From: Octopus sinensis
Taxonomy: Eukaryota
Assembly: GCF_006345805.1 (NCBI RefSeq)
Contig: NC_043012.1
Coordinates: 9,052,001 to 9,116,000, forward strand
DNA: 64,000 nucleotides
Reading direction: 5' to 3'
The position numbers and the translations under genes are program-made. How positions within the stretch are numbered: the stretch's first letter is position 1; the number at the start of each line of letters is the position of its first letter. Below the pieces are notes generated by a model. It saw only the letters and a program-made list of their open reading frames with translations, did not search any database and had not been told where the DNA came from. Below, piece by piece: positions 12,095 through 24,711 of the stretch.

Positions 12095-12215
12095 GCTATT
12101 TGATTAAGAGGTTCGCTTCTGAACGATTTGATTACCAGTTCGATCCTACCGTGTGGCATCTTGGAGGCAAGTATCTTCTTATTTAGCCTCATACCGACCA
12201 ATGTCTTGGAAGTGC
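12095..12215 (+). mobile_element. Old family A SINE head
   Basis: AGTTCGATCC B-box-like motif followed by GTGGCATCTTGGAGGCAAGTATCTT CORE-like block. Confidence 0.55.
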
Positions 12216-12363
12216 TGCACATACGCCATAGTAAACTTTAATACGAATCCTTTTTTCGTTTGTTTCTGTATGGTAATCTTCATTTTCATATTTCAGCTTT
12301 CGGGACTTGTGGGTAGGTGGTTGGTTGCTATTTAACGTAGTTGTTTTGTCCATGTGTACAGAA

Positions 12364-12433
<70 letters not shown>

Positions 12434-12439
12434 TCATAA

Positions 12440-12720
12440 TATCATAATATCTCGGCGAAAGAGTTTGACAAGCTCAGAAAACATAAAGACCTGCTCTTTG
12501 AAATTGAGAAAATGTGGCATCTCAAGGCGGTTACAATACCAGTGATCGTAGGATCACTAGGAATGTTCAAGAAGGGAACCGAAAATTATATGAGAATGAT
12601 CCCTGGCTTATCATCCCTGCAAGAAGTGCAAAAGATTATCTTAACTGGTACATCACACGTATTGAGAAGAGCATTGTCGATGTGAGAACTATTACTACCC
12701 ATGTATTTTAATTTAACTTA
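12440..12720 (+). mobile_element. R4/Dong-type LINE 3' fragment between (AAT)n tracts
   Basis: KLRKHKDLLFEIEKMWHLKAVTIPVIVGSLGM...EVQKIILTGTSHVLRRAL; (AAT)n at 12363-12432 and 12850-12920. Confidence 0.85.
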
Positions 12721-12852
12721 AAAAAAATGAACGAACTAGTGAGTTTAGCTTAATGGCCTACCAATGTATAGTATGAGTTTCTTTGCCCTAGGAGTCGGGA
12801 AGACACTCGGCAAGAAATGGAGGCAAATTTGAAAGAACAAGAAAAATATAAC

Positions 12853-12920
<68 letters not shown>

Positions 12921-13379
12921 TACCATATTATGAAAATATAACATAGTATATCAGTGTTATGAGCAAGCGAAGATTAGAGGGTAGTGATGAAGTGTTATTT
13001 GGAAAGTGAACCCAAAGTAAGGAGTTACAGAAAACGTATGTTAGCAGTATGGGTAAAAGAAGAATTGTTTGAAGAAAAAGTGGATAAAGAAAAGAACATA
13101 TGTTAGGAAGAAAAAGTGGATAACAGGATTGCAGGCGGAAGAGATATCACAGAAGAACTAAGAAAGACCAAGAAGTAGAAGAACCAAACAACGTAAGTAA
13201 TATAGTTCAATCTATAAAAAATCCACACAAGAAAAAAATTTTAGCACTCCCAATCAGGAAGGGAAAACTGACACCAGCGACTTCAGTGAGGAAGATTGGA
13301 AGAGCTTAGATGAGTTGAAGGAAGTAATGAGTAAAGAAGAAAGAAAAAGATTACCAGCATAAAAATGTGTTATAAGAAG

Positions 13380-13640
13380 GAAATTGTTACTAGAAAATTA
13401 GTATATGTAAAGTAATTTGACACATTAAGTAAATATAAGGACCTAGAAATTGAAATACAAAAGATGTGGTATTTAAAAGCGAGAACTGTCCCTGTTATTG
13501 TAGGTGTCCTAGGTATAATAAAAAAGGGATGTCAGAAGCATCTAGATAAGATCCCAGGAGAACCATGTCTCAGAGAAATCCAAAAGATTGTGCAGACGAG
13601 TGCTGACCACATCCTTAGAAAAACCTTATCCATTTAAATG
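13380..13640 (+). mobile_element. R4/Dong-type LINE 3' fragment
   Basis: LSKYKDLEIEIQKMWYLKARTVPVIVGVLG...EIQKIVQTSADHILRKTLSI. The A-rich 12950-13380 block may be an N-terminal piece of the same element. Confidence 0.85.
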
Positions 13641-13821
13641 TTTGTGTTGTATTACATGAAGATATTTCGCTACTGCTATTGCCACTTCTCCTCCCCAAGC
13701 TTTCAGTCAAACTGTAACATCTTTTATCTTTCACTCGCCCCAGGATGCTGGGTGTGTCTCGGCCAGTGATTTTAACAAACATGCACATTAAAAGTAAATA
13801 AATAAATAAATAAGTAATCCT

Positions 13822-13997
13822 TTCTACTAAACGGGGAGAGGACTAGTCGACTACACAGGTATTTAATTTATCGACCCCCAAAGGAAGGAAAGGCAAAGTC
13901 GACCCCGGCGGAATTTGAACTGAAAACGTAAAATCGGACGAAATGCCGCTAAGCATTTTGCCCGGCGTACTAACGATTCTACCGACTCGTCGCCTTA
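13822..13997 (-). mobile_element. Family B SINE
   Basis: GGCAAAGTCGACCCCGGCGGAATTTGAAC...GCATTTTGCCCGGCGTACTAACG. Confidence 0.85.
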
Positions 13998-14659
13998 ACA
14001 ACAACAACGGTGATGAAGATGATGATGATGATGATGAAATGGCTGTTGAAACGAGGTCCATGGAATTTGATTTACATTCGAATTTCAGGATAATGTCCAA
14101 AATGTAACCGGAATAAAAGACTACGAAACATAGTTGATGCTAAATCTACTCAATGATGATTTACCTAGGGCTAAACAATAACGAAGACGCGTTTGAAATG
14201 ATATGAATTATAAATTAGTTTCAGGCAGAAACAATTTGTAATCAGTCATTGAGACAAGGTATTTAATTAAGAGATAATAAAAACAAGTTATAAAACATGA
14301 CGGCTGTGTTCGACATCTGCATATGTAACTATGGTAAACTATAACTTTTGACGGATTCATTTACGTATTTACGTATAAACAAAAGTAATGAAATTTAACA
14401 CTGACTCAAGCGACGACCTTCTGATATATGGAAGAACAAGGGGATCAACACGTCATTGATAAACGAGTCGTCATGTGATGCAGTGATGGTGAAAGTAGGG
14501 TGTCTGGCAGCCATAGGTTCAACATAAAAGTGAGAAGAGAAGTAATCGCTATATTAATATTTTCGACTAAATAAGACGAAGAAACTGAAAAGAAAAATAA
14601 AACAATGTATGAAATACATTCCTTGTTAATGTTAATTTTATTGGTTTGGTGATATACAC

Positions 14660-14784
14660 ATATATACATACACACACACACACTCACACACACACACACA
14701 CACAAATACACACATCTATAATATACATACATAAGTACACACGCACGGATATACATGCACACACGAATGTACAAATACATTGTA

Positions 14785-14870
<86 letters not shown>

Positions 14871-14888
14871 CACACCTACCTACCACTA

Positions 14889-14975
<87 letters not shown>

Positions 14976-14996
14976 CATACCTACCTACCTACCTAC

Positions 14997-15062
<66 letters not shown>

Positions 15063-15075
15063 GTCTATCTATCTA

Positions 15076-15113
<38 letters not shown>

Positions 15114-15145
15114 ATATAGAATTTATATTTACATTTATATTTATA
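14660..15145. repeat. (CA)n and (TATC)n/(TGTC)n microsatellite
   Basis: Seen directly. Confidence 0.95.
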
Positions 15146-15682
15146 TTTATATGCAGCTCAAGATTGCTCTACATTTTAAAACTGATGTAATACTTACATT
15201 GTTCAATTAAATGGAGTCGCATGAAACGATCGTTCTGCATTACCTCTGGATATCCTTGTTTCTTATTTTGATTATAATCACCCCATTTTGAATTATATGG
15301 ATAATACCATAGCAAATTCTGGTGCCTTTAACTTAAGTGCCATATTCAACTGAATCTAAATTTACTGAAAACTTATATAATATATACATACATCATAATA
15401 CATACCTAATACACATATACATATATATTACATACATGTTTATGCTTGAAACTAAGTGAGGTGCTGCTGGCTATCATTGTTACATCTCTCTCTCTCACTC
15501 CGTCTCTCTCTCTCTCTCTAGTATATATAATTTACATATACACAACATATATATAATATAATATACACACACAACATATATATGCACATATTATATTTGT
15601 ATATAATATATATATTATATATAATATATATATATATATATATAATATATATATAATACTATATATATATATATATAACATA

Positions 15683-15812
15683 TGGTGAATTGAGGAAATG
15701 GAGCTGAACGCAGATGAACAGAAATCGTTTTATTTCATTATACACGTGTTGTGTAGAATGAAAAAACGATTTCTGTTCAATCTGCGTTCAGCTCCATTTC
15801 TTCAATTCACCA
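15683..15812. repeat. Near-perfect 130-nt inverted repeat (hairpin)
   Basis: TGGTGAATTGAGGAAATGGAGCTGAACGCAGATGAACAGAAATCGTTTT pairs with 15758-15812; the stem continues TACAC/GTGTA around a 5-nt loop. Confidence 0.95.
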
Positions 15813-16059
15813 ATAATGTTTTAATTTCAATTATCCGCACCAACGCACGGTTGCAACGCCAGATGGTGTACCTCCACGTGCGTTACTGCTGTGATTTTGC
15901 TACTAGGTATCGGTTTAAACTTTTGATTAATCTACTACAAGATTATTATCTTTCTATTTCACATATATATATATATTATATAACATTACATATATATACA
16001 CACTTATGCATATATAAATATTATGAACGATGCAGACATGTATATGCATATACTAGAGA

Positions 16060-16850
16060 GAAGGAGAACGAGAGAGAGAGAGAGAGAGAAGGAAAACGAG
16101 AGAGAGAGAGAGAGAGAGAGGGAGGGGAAAGCGAGAAAGAAAGAAGGAACGCGAGCGAGAAAGAAAGAAAGACAGAAAAAGCGTGACTAGCGAATGTGTT
16201 AGAAGTTGTGTATGCTCGTGCATGCTGTAAGACCGAATAGAAAACGAGCAAGTTTGCTTCTTAGTTTATTGAAAATGAGAAAAAAGAAACGGAGGAATAA
16301 AAGCCATTGAAATAAATCCGAAAAATATTCTATTTTCAGATAATTAATCGTTTACACGAATTGCCTTGAGTTAGTGTCAAGTGTTCATAAGTTTAGAGAT
16401 TTTTGCACCAGTAGACGTCCTATTTCTGCTGTTGAAATATTGCGTCTTTAAATACGTTTTCTTTCTTTTTTATTAAATAGTGCGCGTGTATGTATATATG
16501 TGTGTGTGTATGTATGTATGTATGTATGTATGTATGTATGTATGTATGTATGTATGTATGTATGTATGTATGTATGCACGCATATATACGTACACATATA
16601 CATGTATATGTGTACGTATATATACATATATATGAGCATGTATGTATGTGTACGTTTATTTATTTAGATACACATATATTTGTATATATGTATATAGATG
16701 CATGTGTGTATATATATATATATGGGTGTGTGTATGTGTGTATGTATATTTGTGTGTGTACACAGACATGCACACACACACACGTACACACACACGTACA
16801 CACACACGCGCGAGCACACACACGCGCGAGCACACACACATACACACTAA
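16060..16850. repeat. (GA)n, (TATG)n, (TG)n and (CA)n microsatellites
   Basis: Seen directly at about 16060-16170 and 16490-16850. Confidence 0.9.
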
Positions 16851-17559
16851 AGAAAATAAGTTCTTCAGCCACACGACTAGACGTATAAAGAGAAGTTGGA
16901 ATGTACTTTATGAAAATTTATTGATAAGTACTTAACCGGTTTCACAATTTTCATGATTTTGAAAGCAGTGAATTATTGTGAATTTTCGAGCTACCGTATT
17001 TATGTGGACTAAATTTCGAGTGGGGTTTTCTCATAATATGGTTTTTGTGGCTATTCTTTTTATATTTTTATTTATTAAAATTCATCATTATTTAGCAAAT
17101 TTCGAAACCCTTTTGCACGTTTACTTAAAGTTTGGTAATTTCCTTCCGTGAATACGTAGGTCACGTCTGTCTCATCAGATGTTCAGAGCCAGAATGAGGG
17201 GTTTGATAGGCATTCAAGACAGTTTGTAGCTATTTAAACCTTTCTTAGTGAACTCAGGTCACATATTATTAGTTTTATTGGAAGCGATACTAGTTCTTTA
17301 CTTTATTTGTAAGTCCATCTGTTAGGACAGGAGAATGCCGGTGTTACTTCGACAGAGGGAGGGCTGCGGTATAGTATACAATCAGTGATAGTTATTTGCC
17401 TTGTGTACTAAAAATGGTGGTATAAAATGTTGGTTCGAGTCAGCAGAAGTCATTTGGAGCTGATTCAGACTTATTAAATATAACTCCAACCAAATATTTC
17501 TTTTGCTAAATTCTTTTGCTCAATTACCTGTACACACACACACGTGCGCGCATATGTAT

Positions 17560-18060
17560 AAATTGCTTGCAAGGAGATATTATTTTGATTTGCAACCATT
17601 ATATACTGCTAAGTATATCAATGGTTTCACAATTCAATATCGTGTTTTACTTCTTTGCTAGCAGTGCGATGTTTTCATTTTTAAGTTTATGTCAGCACAT
17701 TTTCTATAGACACCAGAGCCAGCACTGAACATCGTAATTTTCAGTGTTGGCTCTGAACTCTATAAAACATCTGCAGAGATAAACTTAAATTTATGACAAG
17801 GCTGACAAAGGATTCACTGCCAGTATAAACAGCCTTATAGATAAACTAACATCTTGGAATATGTCTGTTGATAGCTTGATTCTGTTTGTAACAATAGGTG
17901 TTGCTTTAGTAGTAGTCAGTAATAACTGTATGGATCAGATTGCAATCATTCTTTCAATGGCATTCACTATAGCAGCTGGTACTTTGACAAGGCGTAGTTA
18001 TTCTATCACTCATGAGTTAGACACTGAGTCGAACGCCTTTTTGTAGTCCAGCCATATCAT
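17560..18060 (-). mobile_element. R4/Dong-type LINE reverse transcriptase remnant
   Basis: Minus strand: WLDYKKAFDSVSNS*VIE...DIFQDVSLSIRLFILAVNPLSAL. Confidence 0.85.
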
Positions 18061-18199
18061 TAGGAGATCTTAGAAGGATATGGCTTCGCTATCCATGAAT
18101 GAGATAACTAGTAAATATCTGATAAACAAGAGGGGCAAAGATACCACCAAACCTCCATGTTGTGTTAAAAATTTCGGCTCTGCTATGCCTGTGTGGAAC

Positions 18200-18442
18200 C
18201 TCAGCGGCACACATCAGCAGCACACACATCAGCAGCACACACATCAGCAGCACACACATCAGCAGCACACACATCAGCAGCACACATCAGCAGCACACAC
18301 ATCAGCAGCACACACCAGCAGCACACACATCAGCAGCACACACACAGCAGCACACACATCAGCAGCACACACACACAGCAGCACACACATCAGCAGCACA
18401 CACACAGCAGCACACACATCAGCAGCACACACATCAGCAGCA
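18200..18442. repeat. About 13-17-bp (ACACACATCAGCAGC)n minisatellite
   Basis: Seen directly. Confidence 0.95.
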
Positions 18443-18511
18443 ACTTCCCCAAATGTCTACTAGCTGAGGAAGAACTGCTCTGACGTATACGTCAAAGGTA
18501 TGTCAGAACCA

Positions 18512-18744
18512 CTAGCGGCGAGCTGGCAGAAACGTTAGCACGCCGGGCGAAATGCGTAACCGTATTTTGTCTGCTGTTACGTTCTGAGTTCAAATTCCGC
18601 CGATGTCGACTTTGCCTTTCATCCTTTCGGGGTCGATTAAATAAGTACCAGTTACGCACTGGGGTCGATATAATCGACTTAATCCGTTTGTCTGTCCTTG
18701 TTTGTCCCTCTCTGTGTTTAGCCCCTTGTGGGTAGTAAAGAAAT
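18512..18744 (+). mobile_element. Young family B SINE with 16-bp TSD
   Basis: GGCGAGCTGGCAGAAACG...GAGTTCAAATTCC...AAAGAAAT; TSD AGGTATGTCAGAACCA at 18496-18511 and 18745-18760. Confidence 0.95.
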
Positions 18745-19793
18745 AGGTATGTCAGAACCAGCAGATATTCACACCTTTAAAAATAAGGAATACTGGTGGA
18801 ACACTCCAACCACGTCATCAATTAGGTGTAAACACAGCAGACCTGATATTGTTCTGTGGGACAGGGAAAACAGTCATGTACTGTTGTAGAGGTCAGCTGC
18901 CCGGCACATGGGAATGTACAATCAAAATCCAGGAAAAGAGAACATTTATGGCGAATCAATACGGAACTTATAGCGAATCAGTACGGAACTTACAGCTCTT
19001 GTATGCTGACTATGGATTCCCATTTTTACTCAATCATTAGTTATCTCTCATATATTGAATACAATCTCATTAAGCAGTGAACAACAATAAGATTTATTTG
19101 AAACAATCTCCTACATGGCTGTAGAAAGAAACCTTAAACGTTATTTTCGATTTTGCCTTTATGGTTTTTCCACGGCAGAAATTCTGGTCATTTTTTAACT
19201 TCCTTCGTTCAAGAAAATAATAGTTTCAGGTCAGGTTTACCAGAAGATTCACACAAATCACCCTAATCTGATACAGTTGAGTGTCCATCTAGTAAATAAT
19301 GTCGATATCTTACTGCAGTTATTCTTCAGAGTTTGCAAAACTATCTTGTCTTTGTATTCAATCCTTCAAAAGAAAGTAAACTGAAAAAATATCTATTCTT
19401 CTAACATTGCATTTTGAAGGGTTTATCGATAGGTTTGGGATGATTAATCCTTTGTTGATAAATACCATATTTTATAAATACCATATTTGTTTATAAAACA
19501 GGGATTTATTTAACCTGAACGGTCCTTGATGGACAAATGTTTTTATTACACACATTCTGAATGAAAAGGGAGATACCGAGTTCAATATCCTGAGTTTCTT
19601 TTTTTTTTTACGTCTTTCAGTAAAAACAATGTTCCTTAACTAACTACCGAGTCTTGTTAATGTTAGGTAAACCATGATAAAGAACAAAACAAGTAGTTGA
19701 TCAAGTAGTTGATTAAAGGAAAACTACATGAACTAATTAATGATCCTTGATACAAGTTACTGACTGATTTATTAGACGGTCATAAATTAAATA

Positions 19794-20540
19794 CGACGGT
19801 TGTCCCGAAAGTTGTACGAAAGTGAGAATATTAAGTGACACAAGCCATTGAAGTTGCACGTGCTGGTTGAGTAACTCTTCATACAAAGATGCTACTTACC
19901 ATAAACTCTATGATATGCGATTCATTTTCGACGATATTCAATCCAACGCTCAACTGTTCTTTGAAAATGCTCTGTTGTGTACTATTGTACCTAACTTTTC
20001 ATCTCGACTGTCATCAAATCGTTGTCCCAAAGACTGTCTTCCTATGAACTGAACAGGTGGAAGTGAAACAGCGGTAGATCCGTGGTGGACGGTGGATGGG
20101 AGACTTGTTTGCCAATTGCTTTTGTAACCGAAGTTGCGTGTGGTCACTTCAGATTCTAGTTCTATTTCTACCTGTTAATGGCTTCGCTAAACCACGTTCC
20201 AGAAAAACGGAGAACGACGCCTTTGTCTTTCCCCAATAATGGTTCTTGAATTGAGGAAAATGTGTGACGCCATTTTATGGTATGAGCCTTCGTTTCCAGA
20301 TCATAAAGATACACCCACGTTTCATCCCCTGTCATCAAATCGGAGAAGAACGTTTTCTCATTAGTTTCAAATGCTTCTAGCAGAACAAAGCACACTTCCA
20401 CCCTTCTCTACTTCAAATCGGGTGTCAGTAGTCGAGTTACCCACTTCTCACTCATTTTCTGTTAATAGTCTTCTACTATTTCAACTATTGGATTTTAATT
20501 TTTACCAAAATTAAGTGAAATTTTCTGGATACCCACCCCC
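19794..20540 (-). mobile_element. Decayed mariner-like element
   Basis: ORF 20168-20401 contains FFSDLMTGDETWVYLYDLETK; TA-CGACGGTTGTCCCGAAAGTT at 19792 is TIR-like. Confidence 0.65.
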
Positions 20541-20619
20541 GCCACAGACAGTCAATTGCAGGAATACACGTACACATATATGATTTATACACATACAAAC
20601 GTAAGTATATTTATTCACA

Positions 20620-21900
20620 TACAAGATACCCCTTATAAGAATTCCTCTTCTCTATTCCAACTCATTATATCTGGTCTGTTGCGCTTATATTTTATTGAAA
20701 TCTCCACTGGGACATTCCACCAGTATTCCTTTTTATTATTAGTGGCTATGGCTTATACCATACTGTGGGTTCTTATTATTTTTGTCCTCGGGATTATCCT
20801 TCCGATGGATTTTATTATAGAATGTCCTAGCTACAACATCTGTCTCATTGGTAGATAATAGTGTGATGATATTTTGGACGACTGCTTATGATATCTTCAG
20901 TGTGAGCTCCACAAAGTCTACATCGGTTATCACATTTTACTGCTTTTCCTGCATCTCTATATAGGTATTTGCTTGATATTTCCTGTTCCTGGATTGCAAA
21001 TGCATACCCTTCAACGTGAGAGGTAGTAATCCAGCTATCGGTCCATTATAGACTGCTTTGATGATCGATGTTACTATTATCTCGGAGCCTTCTAACAAAT
21101 CCATGCATAGTCTTCTGCTCATATAGCCTCATCCTTTCATCTGATGATACGTTGCGGCAGAGTCGTGCGACTTCTTTTGGCATGTATTCTAGGTTATAAG
21201 ACAAAGAATGTTGCTCAAGGAGCTGCCTTCCAAGTCTTATCATGTTATCAGCCTCATGTGTGCAAACTTGGTCACGGGATGAACTTCAACACTTGGTGGT
21301 TAAAAGATGTTGTCGAAGGAATATGATACGACATTCAAAGGCATTCTGGATCAATGTTAAGCCTCTGCCGGCTTGTTTTCGTTTTAAGTAGTGGAAATTA
21401 TGTGTGTTTGTTAGTATTTTTCGGGTTTTCACATCAATGGCTGGGATCTCATCAAACATCCAATCAAGCAGCCCAAATGTTGGTATGACTACTGGCACTG
21501 CAAACTCCTTGTGGTCCACTGTTTTATTGAATGCAGAGAGTTCTGAGTTTCAAATTTTCTTTATTTGGCTGTAATATTCTTTAGTGACACGTGCTTTGTT
21601 ACAGGTGTCATGGTAAGATATGTTTTCATCCACCCCTAGATACCAGTAACATTCCTCGTCATATATAGGGAAAACAGAGTTTACATTATTGATGGAGATG
21701 TTGGTAGTCTGGTTTTTAGTTTTCCCCCTTTTCACATCCATATAACAACATTTATCCTGATCAAGCTCCAACCATACATCCTTTGAACATCTTGTAACTA
21801 GGTCAAGGCCCTTTTTCATCTCATGCATATTCTTTGCATAAAGTTTCAAGTCATCCACAAAGAAGCAGCGTGTAATTTTGGTATTCCCGTTTCCTTGTGA
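20620..21900 (-). mobile_element. R4/Dong-type LINE, 5'-truncated and internally deleted
   Basis: ITRCFFVDDLKLYAKN (RT), YWYLGVDENI, GRGLTLI, CRLCGAHTEDIISSRPK (zinc knuckle), KEYWWNVPV. Confidence 0.9.
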
Positions 21901-21909
21901 ACCAGTGAG

Positions 21910-22026
21910 ATATCCTTCAGACTTCCTTAACATGTATGTATGTATGTATGTATGTATGTATGTATGTATGTATGTATGTATGTATGTATGTATGTATGTA
22001 TGTATGTATGTATTTATGTATATATT

Positions 22027-22060
<34 letters not shown>

Positions 22061-22290
22061 TGTATGTATGTATGTATGTATGTATGTATCCCATGAGTGG
22101 ATTCCTCATGTGTTTAAATGTACACTGTATCTTATGACTAATACATAGTCTTTTGGACTAAATATTTATACGTTAGACCACTGGAAATGTAAATTTTAAT
22201 TAATTTCCATTTCCCTTTGATATGATTAAATATTGTATGTATGTATGTATGTATGTATGTATGTATGTATGTATGTATGTATGTACGTAT
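21910..22290. repeat. (TATG)n microsatellites
   Basis: Seen at 21910-22090 and 22234-22290. Confidence 0.95.
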
Positions 22291-22677
22291 GTAAGCACGC
22301 ACGTACGTAATTATGCGACATCATTCCTTCTTGATGGTAAATATATGAACTGAGTCATAATGACCTGCACAGAAAAAGTTATACTGCTATTACAGAGAAA
22401 AGTAGTTATACCCACAAAATACAGTATATGATAAATGAAATACATCTCGGCTTCACTAGCTTAATATGACTAAGATAATTTCAGGATCAGCAGGCTGGTC
22501 GTCGTAATTGCTACACTGTATACTAACGGTTGTCATAGATGCAAGCTTTGTTTATCAGGAAAGTTTAATAATTAAACCTTGAATTAAACGGAATCAAACA
22601 GATCGTCTGAGCTGATCTCCGATTTTCTGATCTAGTTCTGTTGGCTCCTTTCACGTTTTTTGTATTATTGTTATTAT

Positions 22678-22800
22678 GACTGAGTGAGAGAGGAACGCAT
22701 GCCATCAAAGTGACACTGGGGTACAAATATACGAAGCCCAATATAGCCATCAATAAGTACCCGTACAATTAGTACCACTGCCTGGTACTGCATCAAAGCA
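22678..22800. repeat. Internally deleted copy of the 4676-5222 element, opposite orientation
   Basis: Reverse complement: GCAGTACCAGGCAGTGG...GGGCTTCGTATATTTGTACCCCAGTGTCACTTTGATGGCATGC...CTCTCTCACTCA. Confidence 0.8.
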
Positions 22801-22805
22801 TTTAT

Positions 22806-22859
<54 letters not shown>

Positions 22860-22904
<45 letters not shown>

Positions 22905-23177
22905 GTTGTTGTTGTTGTTGTTGTTGCTGCTGTTGTGTTCAGATCGATGAATTAAGAACCATTCAAATCTGAGTCGATTAATCTCGACTACTTCCCTCCT
23001 CACAAATTGCCTATAATAGAAAGGATATTATTATTATTATTATTATTATTGTTGTTGTTGTTGTTGTTGTTGTGCTGCTGTTGTTGTTCAGATCGATGAA
23101 TTAAGAACCATTCAAATGCTGGAGTCGATATAATCTCGACTAACCTCCTCCTCACAAATGTGCCTATAATAGAAAGG

Positions 23178-23258
<81 letters not shown>
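22860..23258. repeat. Tandem duplication of (ATT/GTT)n plus a roughly 105-bp SINE-tail fragment, then (ATT)n
   Basis: GTTCAGATCGATGAATTAAGAACCATTCAAAT...CCTATAATAGAAAGGAT occurs twice (about 22936-23026 and 23086-23179). Confidence 0.85.
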
Positions 23259-23259
<1 letters not shown>

Positions 23260-23261
<2 letters not shown>

Positions 23262-24015
23262 TAACCTTATTTATTGTCATGCGTTTTCACTACACTACTG
23301 AGTACGGCTCTGTGTGCTTTGGGTATGTGCTGTGGTTTGTTGTGATGCTCTCATTTTCACAGTATTGAAAGCGTTTTACGTAGGATGTGTGCGGCGTATA
23401 GTAGTTCTATTTTCTGTATGTTATATATACTTGTAAATCCTGGTATTTTGGTTACGTATTTGTCTGAATGTTTTTTTTATATCATATCTAATGCGCCTAC
23501 TATAACAGGAATTGTTTCTGCTTTTTAGGCCCCACATTCGAGTCACCTTTATTTCCAGATCTTCGTATTTTTAAAGTTTCTCCGTTTCTTTTAGAGAAAC
23601 ATTCTCATCTATTGGTATTGATATATCGATTAGAAGGCATTTTTTCTTGATGATCTCTGATAACTATATCAGGCCTATAGGCCTTAATTTCTCTGTGTGT
23701 ATTGGCATATCCTAAAGTATGGTTGCTTTCTCATTTTATGTGACCTTTTCTGGGGTTTGCCTATATCATCTTGTTTCTGTTGTTATTCCATAGTGTTGGC
23801 ATAGCTTCCAGTATATATAAGTTCCAACTCTGATGTGTCTGTGAATATATTCCTTCATTGCCAGGACTGGGCAGCCAGACACAATATGATTTATTGTTTC
23901 TTCTCCATTACTACACATTCTGCAGTTACTTGTATTTCTTTTCCTTACGTGTTTTTGATGATTTCTGGTGGCAAGGCTTTTGATATTCTGCTGCAATTAA
24001 AAGTCGTTCAGTCTC
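23260..24015 (-). mobile_element. R4/Dong-type LINE 3' end (CCHC plus RLE) with (AAT)n tail
   Basis: CRMCSNGEETINHIVSGCPVL...RH..V...KYEDLEIKVTRMWGLKAETIPVIVGAL...HILRKTLSI. Confidence 0.92.
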
Positions 24016-24061
24016 TGCTTTGAGTCCTCAGCTTCTCAGCCATTGTTGGGATTTTGCTTTG

Positions 24062-24711
24062 TCATTTCTTCTTCTTCTTCTTCTTCTTCTTCTTCTTCTT
24101 CTTCTTCTTCTTCTTCTTCTTCTTCTTCTTCTCCTCCTTTTTCTTCTTCTTCTCCTCCTTCTCCACCTCCTCCTTCCTCTCCTGCCCTCCTCCTCCTTCT
24201 CCTCTATCCACCCTCTCCTCCCCTCTCTCCTTCTCCTCCCCTCCTCTTCCCATCCCCTTCTTATCCTTCTCCTTCTTCTCCTCCTCCACCTCCTCCTCCT
24301 CCTCCTCCTCCTCCTCCTTCCCTCCTCCTCTCCTCTTCCCCTCCTCCTCTTCCTTTGCTCTTCCTTCATCCCATTCCTTATCCCTCCCCTCCCGCCTCTT
24401 CCCTTCCCCCTTTTCTTCTTATTCTTTTCTTCTCCTCCTCCTCCACATCCTCCTTCCTCTCTTGCCCTCCTCCTCCTTCTACTCTTTCCACCCCTCCCCT
24501 CCTTCTCCTCTTCCCACCTCCTTCTTATCCTTCTCCTCCTTCTCCTCCTCCTCCACTACCACCTCCTTCTCTTCCACCTCATCCTCCTCTTCCTCTCCTC
24601 CTTCTGCCCTTCTCATCCCCCTTCTTCTTCTCTCTCCCCTCCTCTTCCTCTTCCTCCTCCTCTTTCTTCTTCTTCTTCTTCTTCTTCTTCTTCTTCTTCT
24701 TCTTCTTCTTC
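24062..24711. repeat. About 650-bp polypyrimidine/polypurine tract, (CTT)n/(CCT)n with an internal duplication
   Basis: Seen directly; the segment at about 24163 is repeated at about 24443. Confidence 0.95.

Larger units (their letters stand above)
18065..19140 (+). mobile_element. R4/Dong-type LINE C-terminal region (zinc knuckle and RLE), interrupted by a minisatellite and a SINE
   Basis: EITSKYLINKR...RLC...HISS..FPKC; KNKEYWWN; TVVEVSCP; RNLQLLY. Homologous to 20620-21000 and 38460-39170. Confidence 0.8.

Noticed and set aside
18200-18442. CRISPR-like array
   Set aside because: Pure tandem repeat without unique spacers, in a eukaryotic context.
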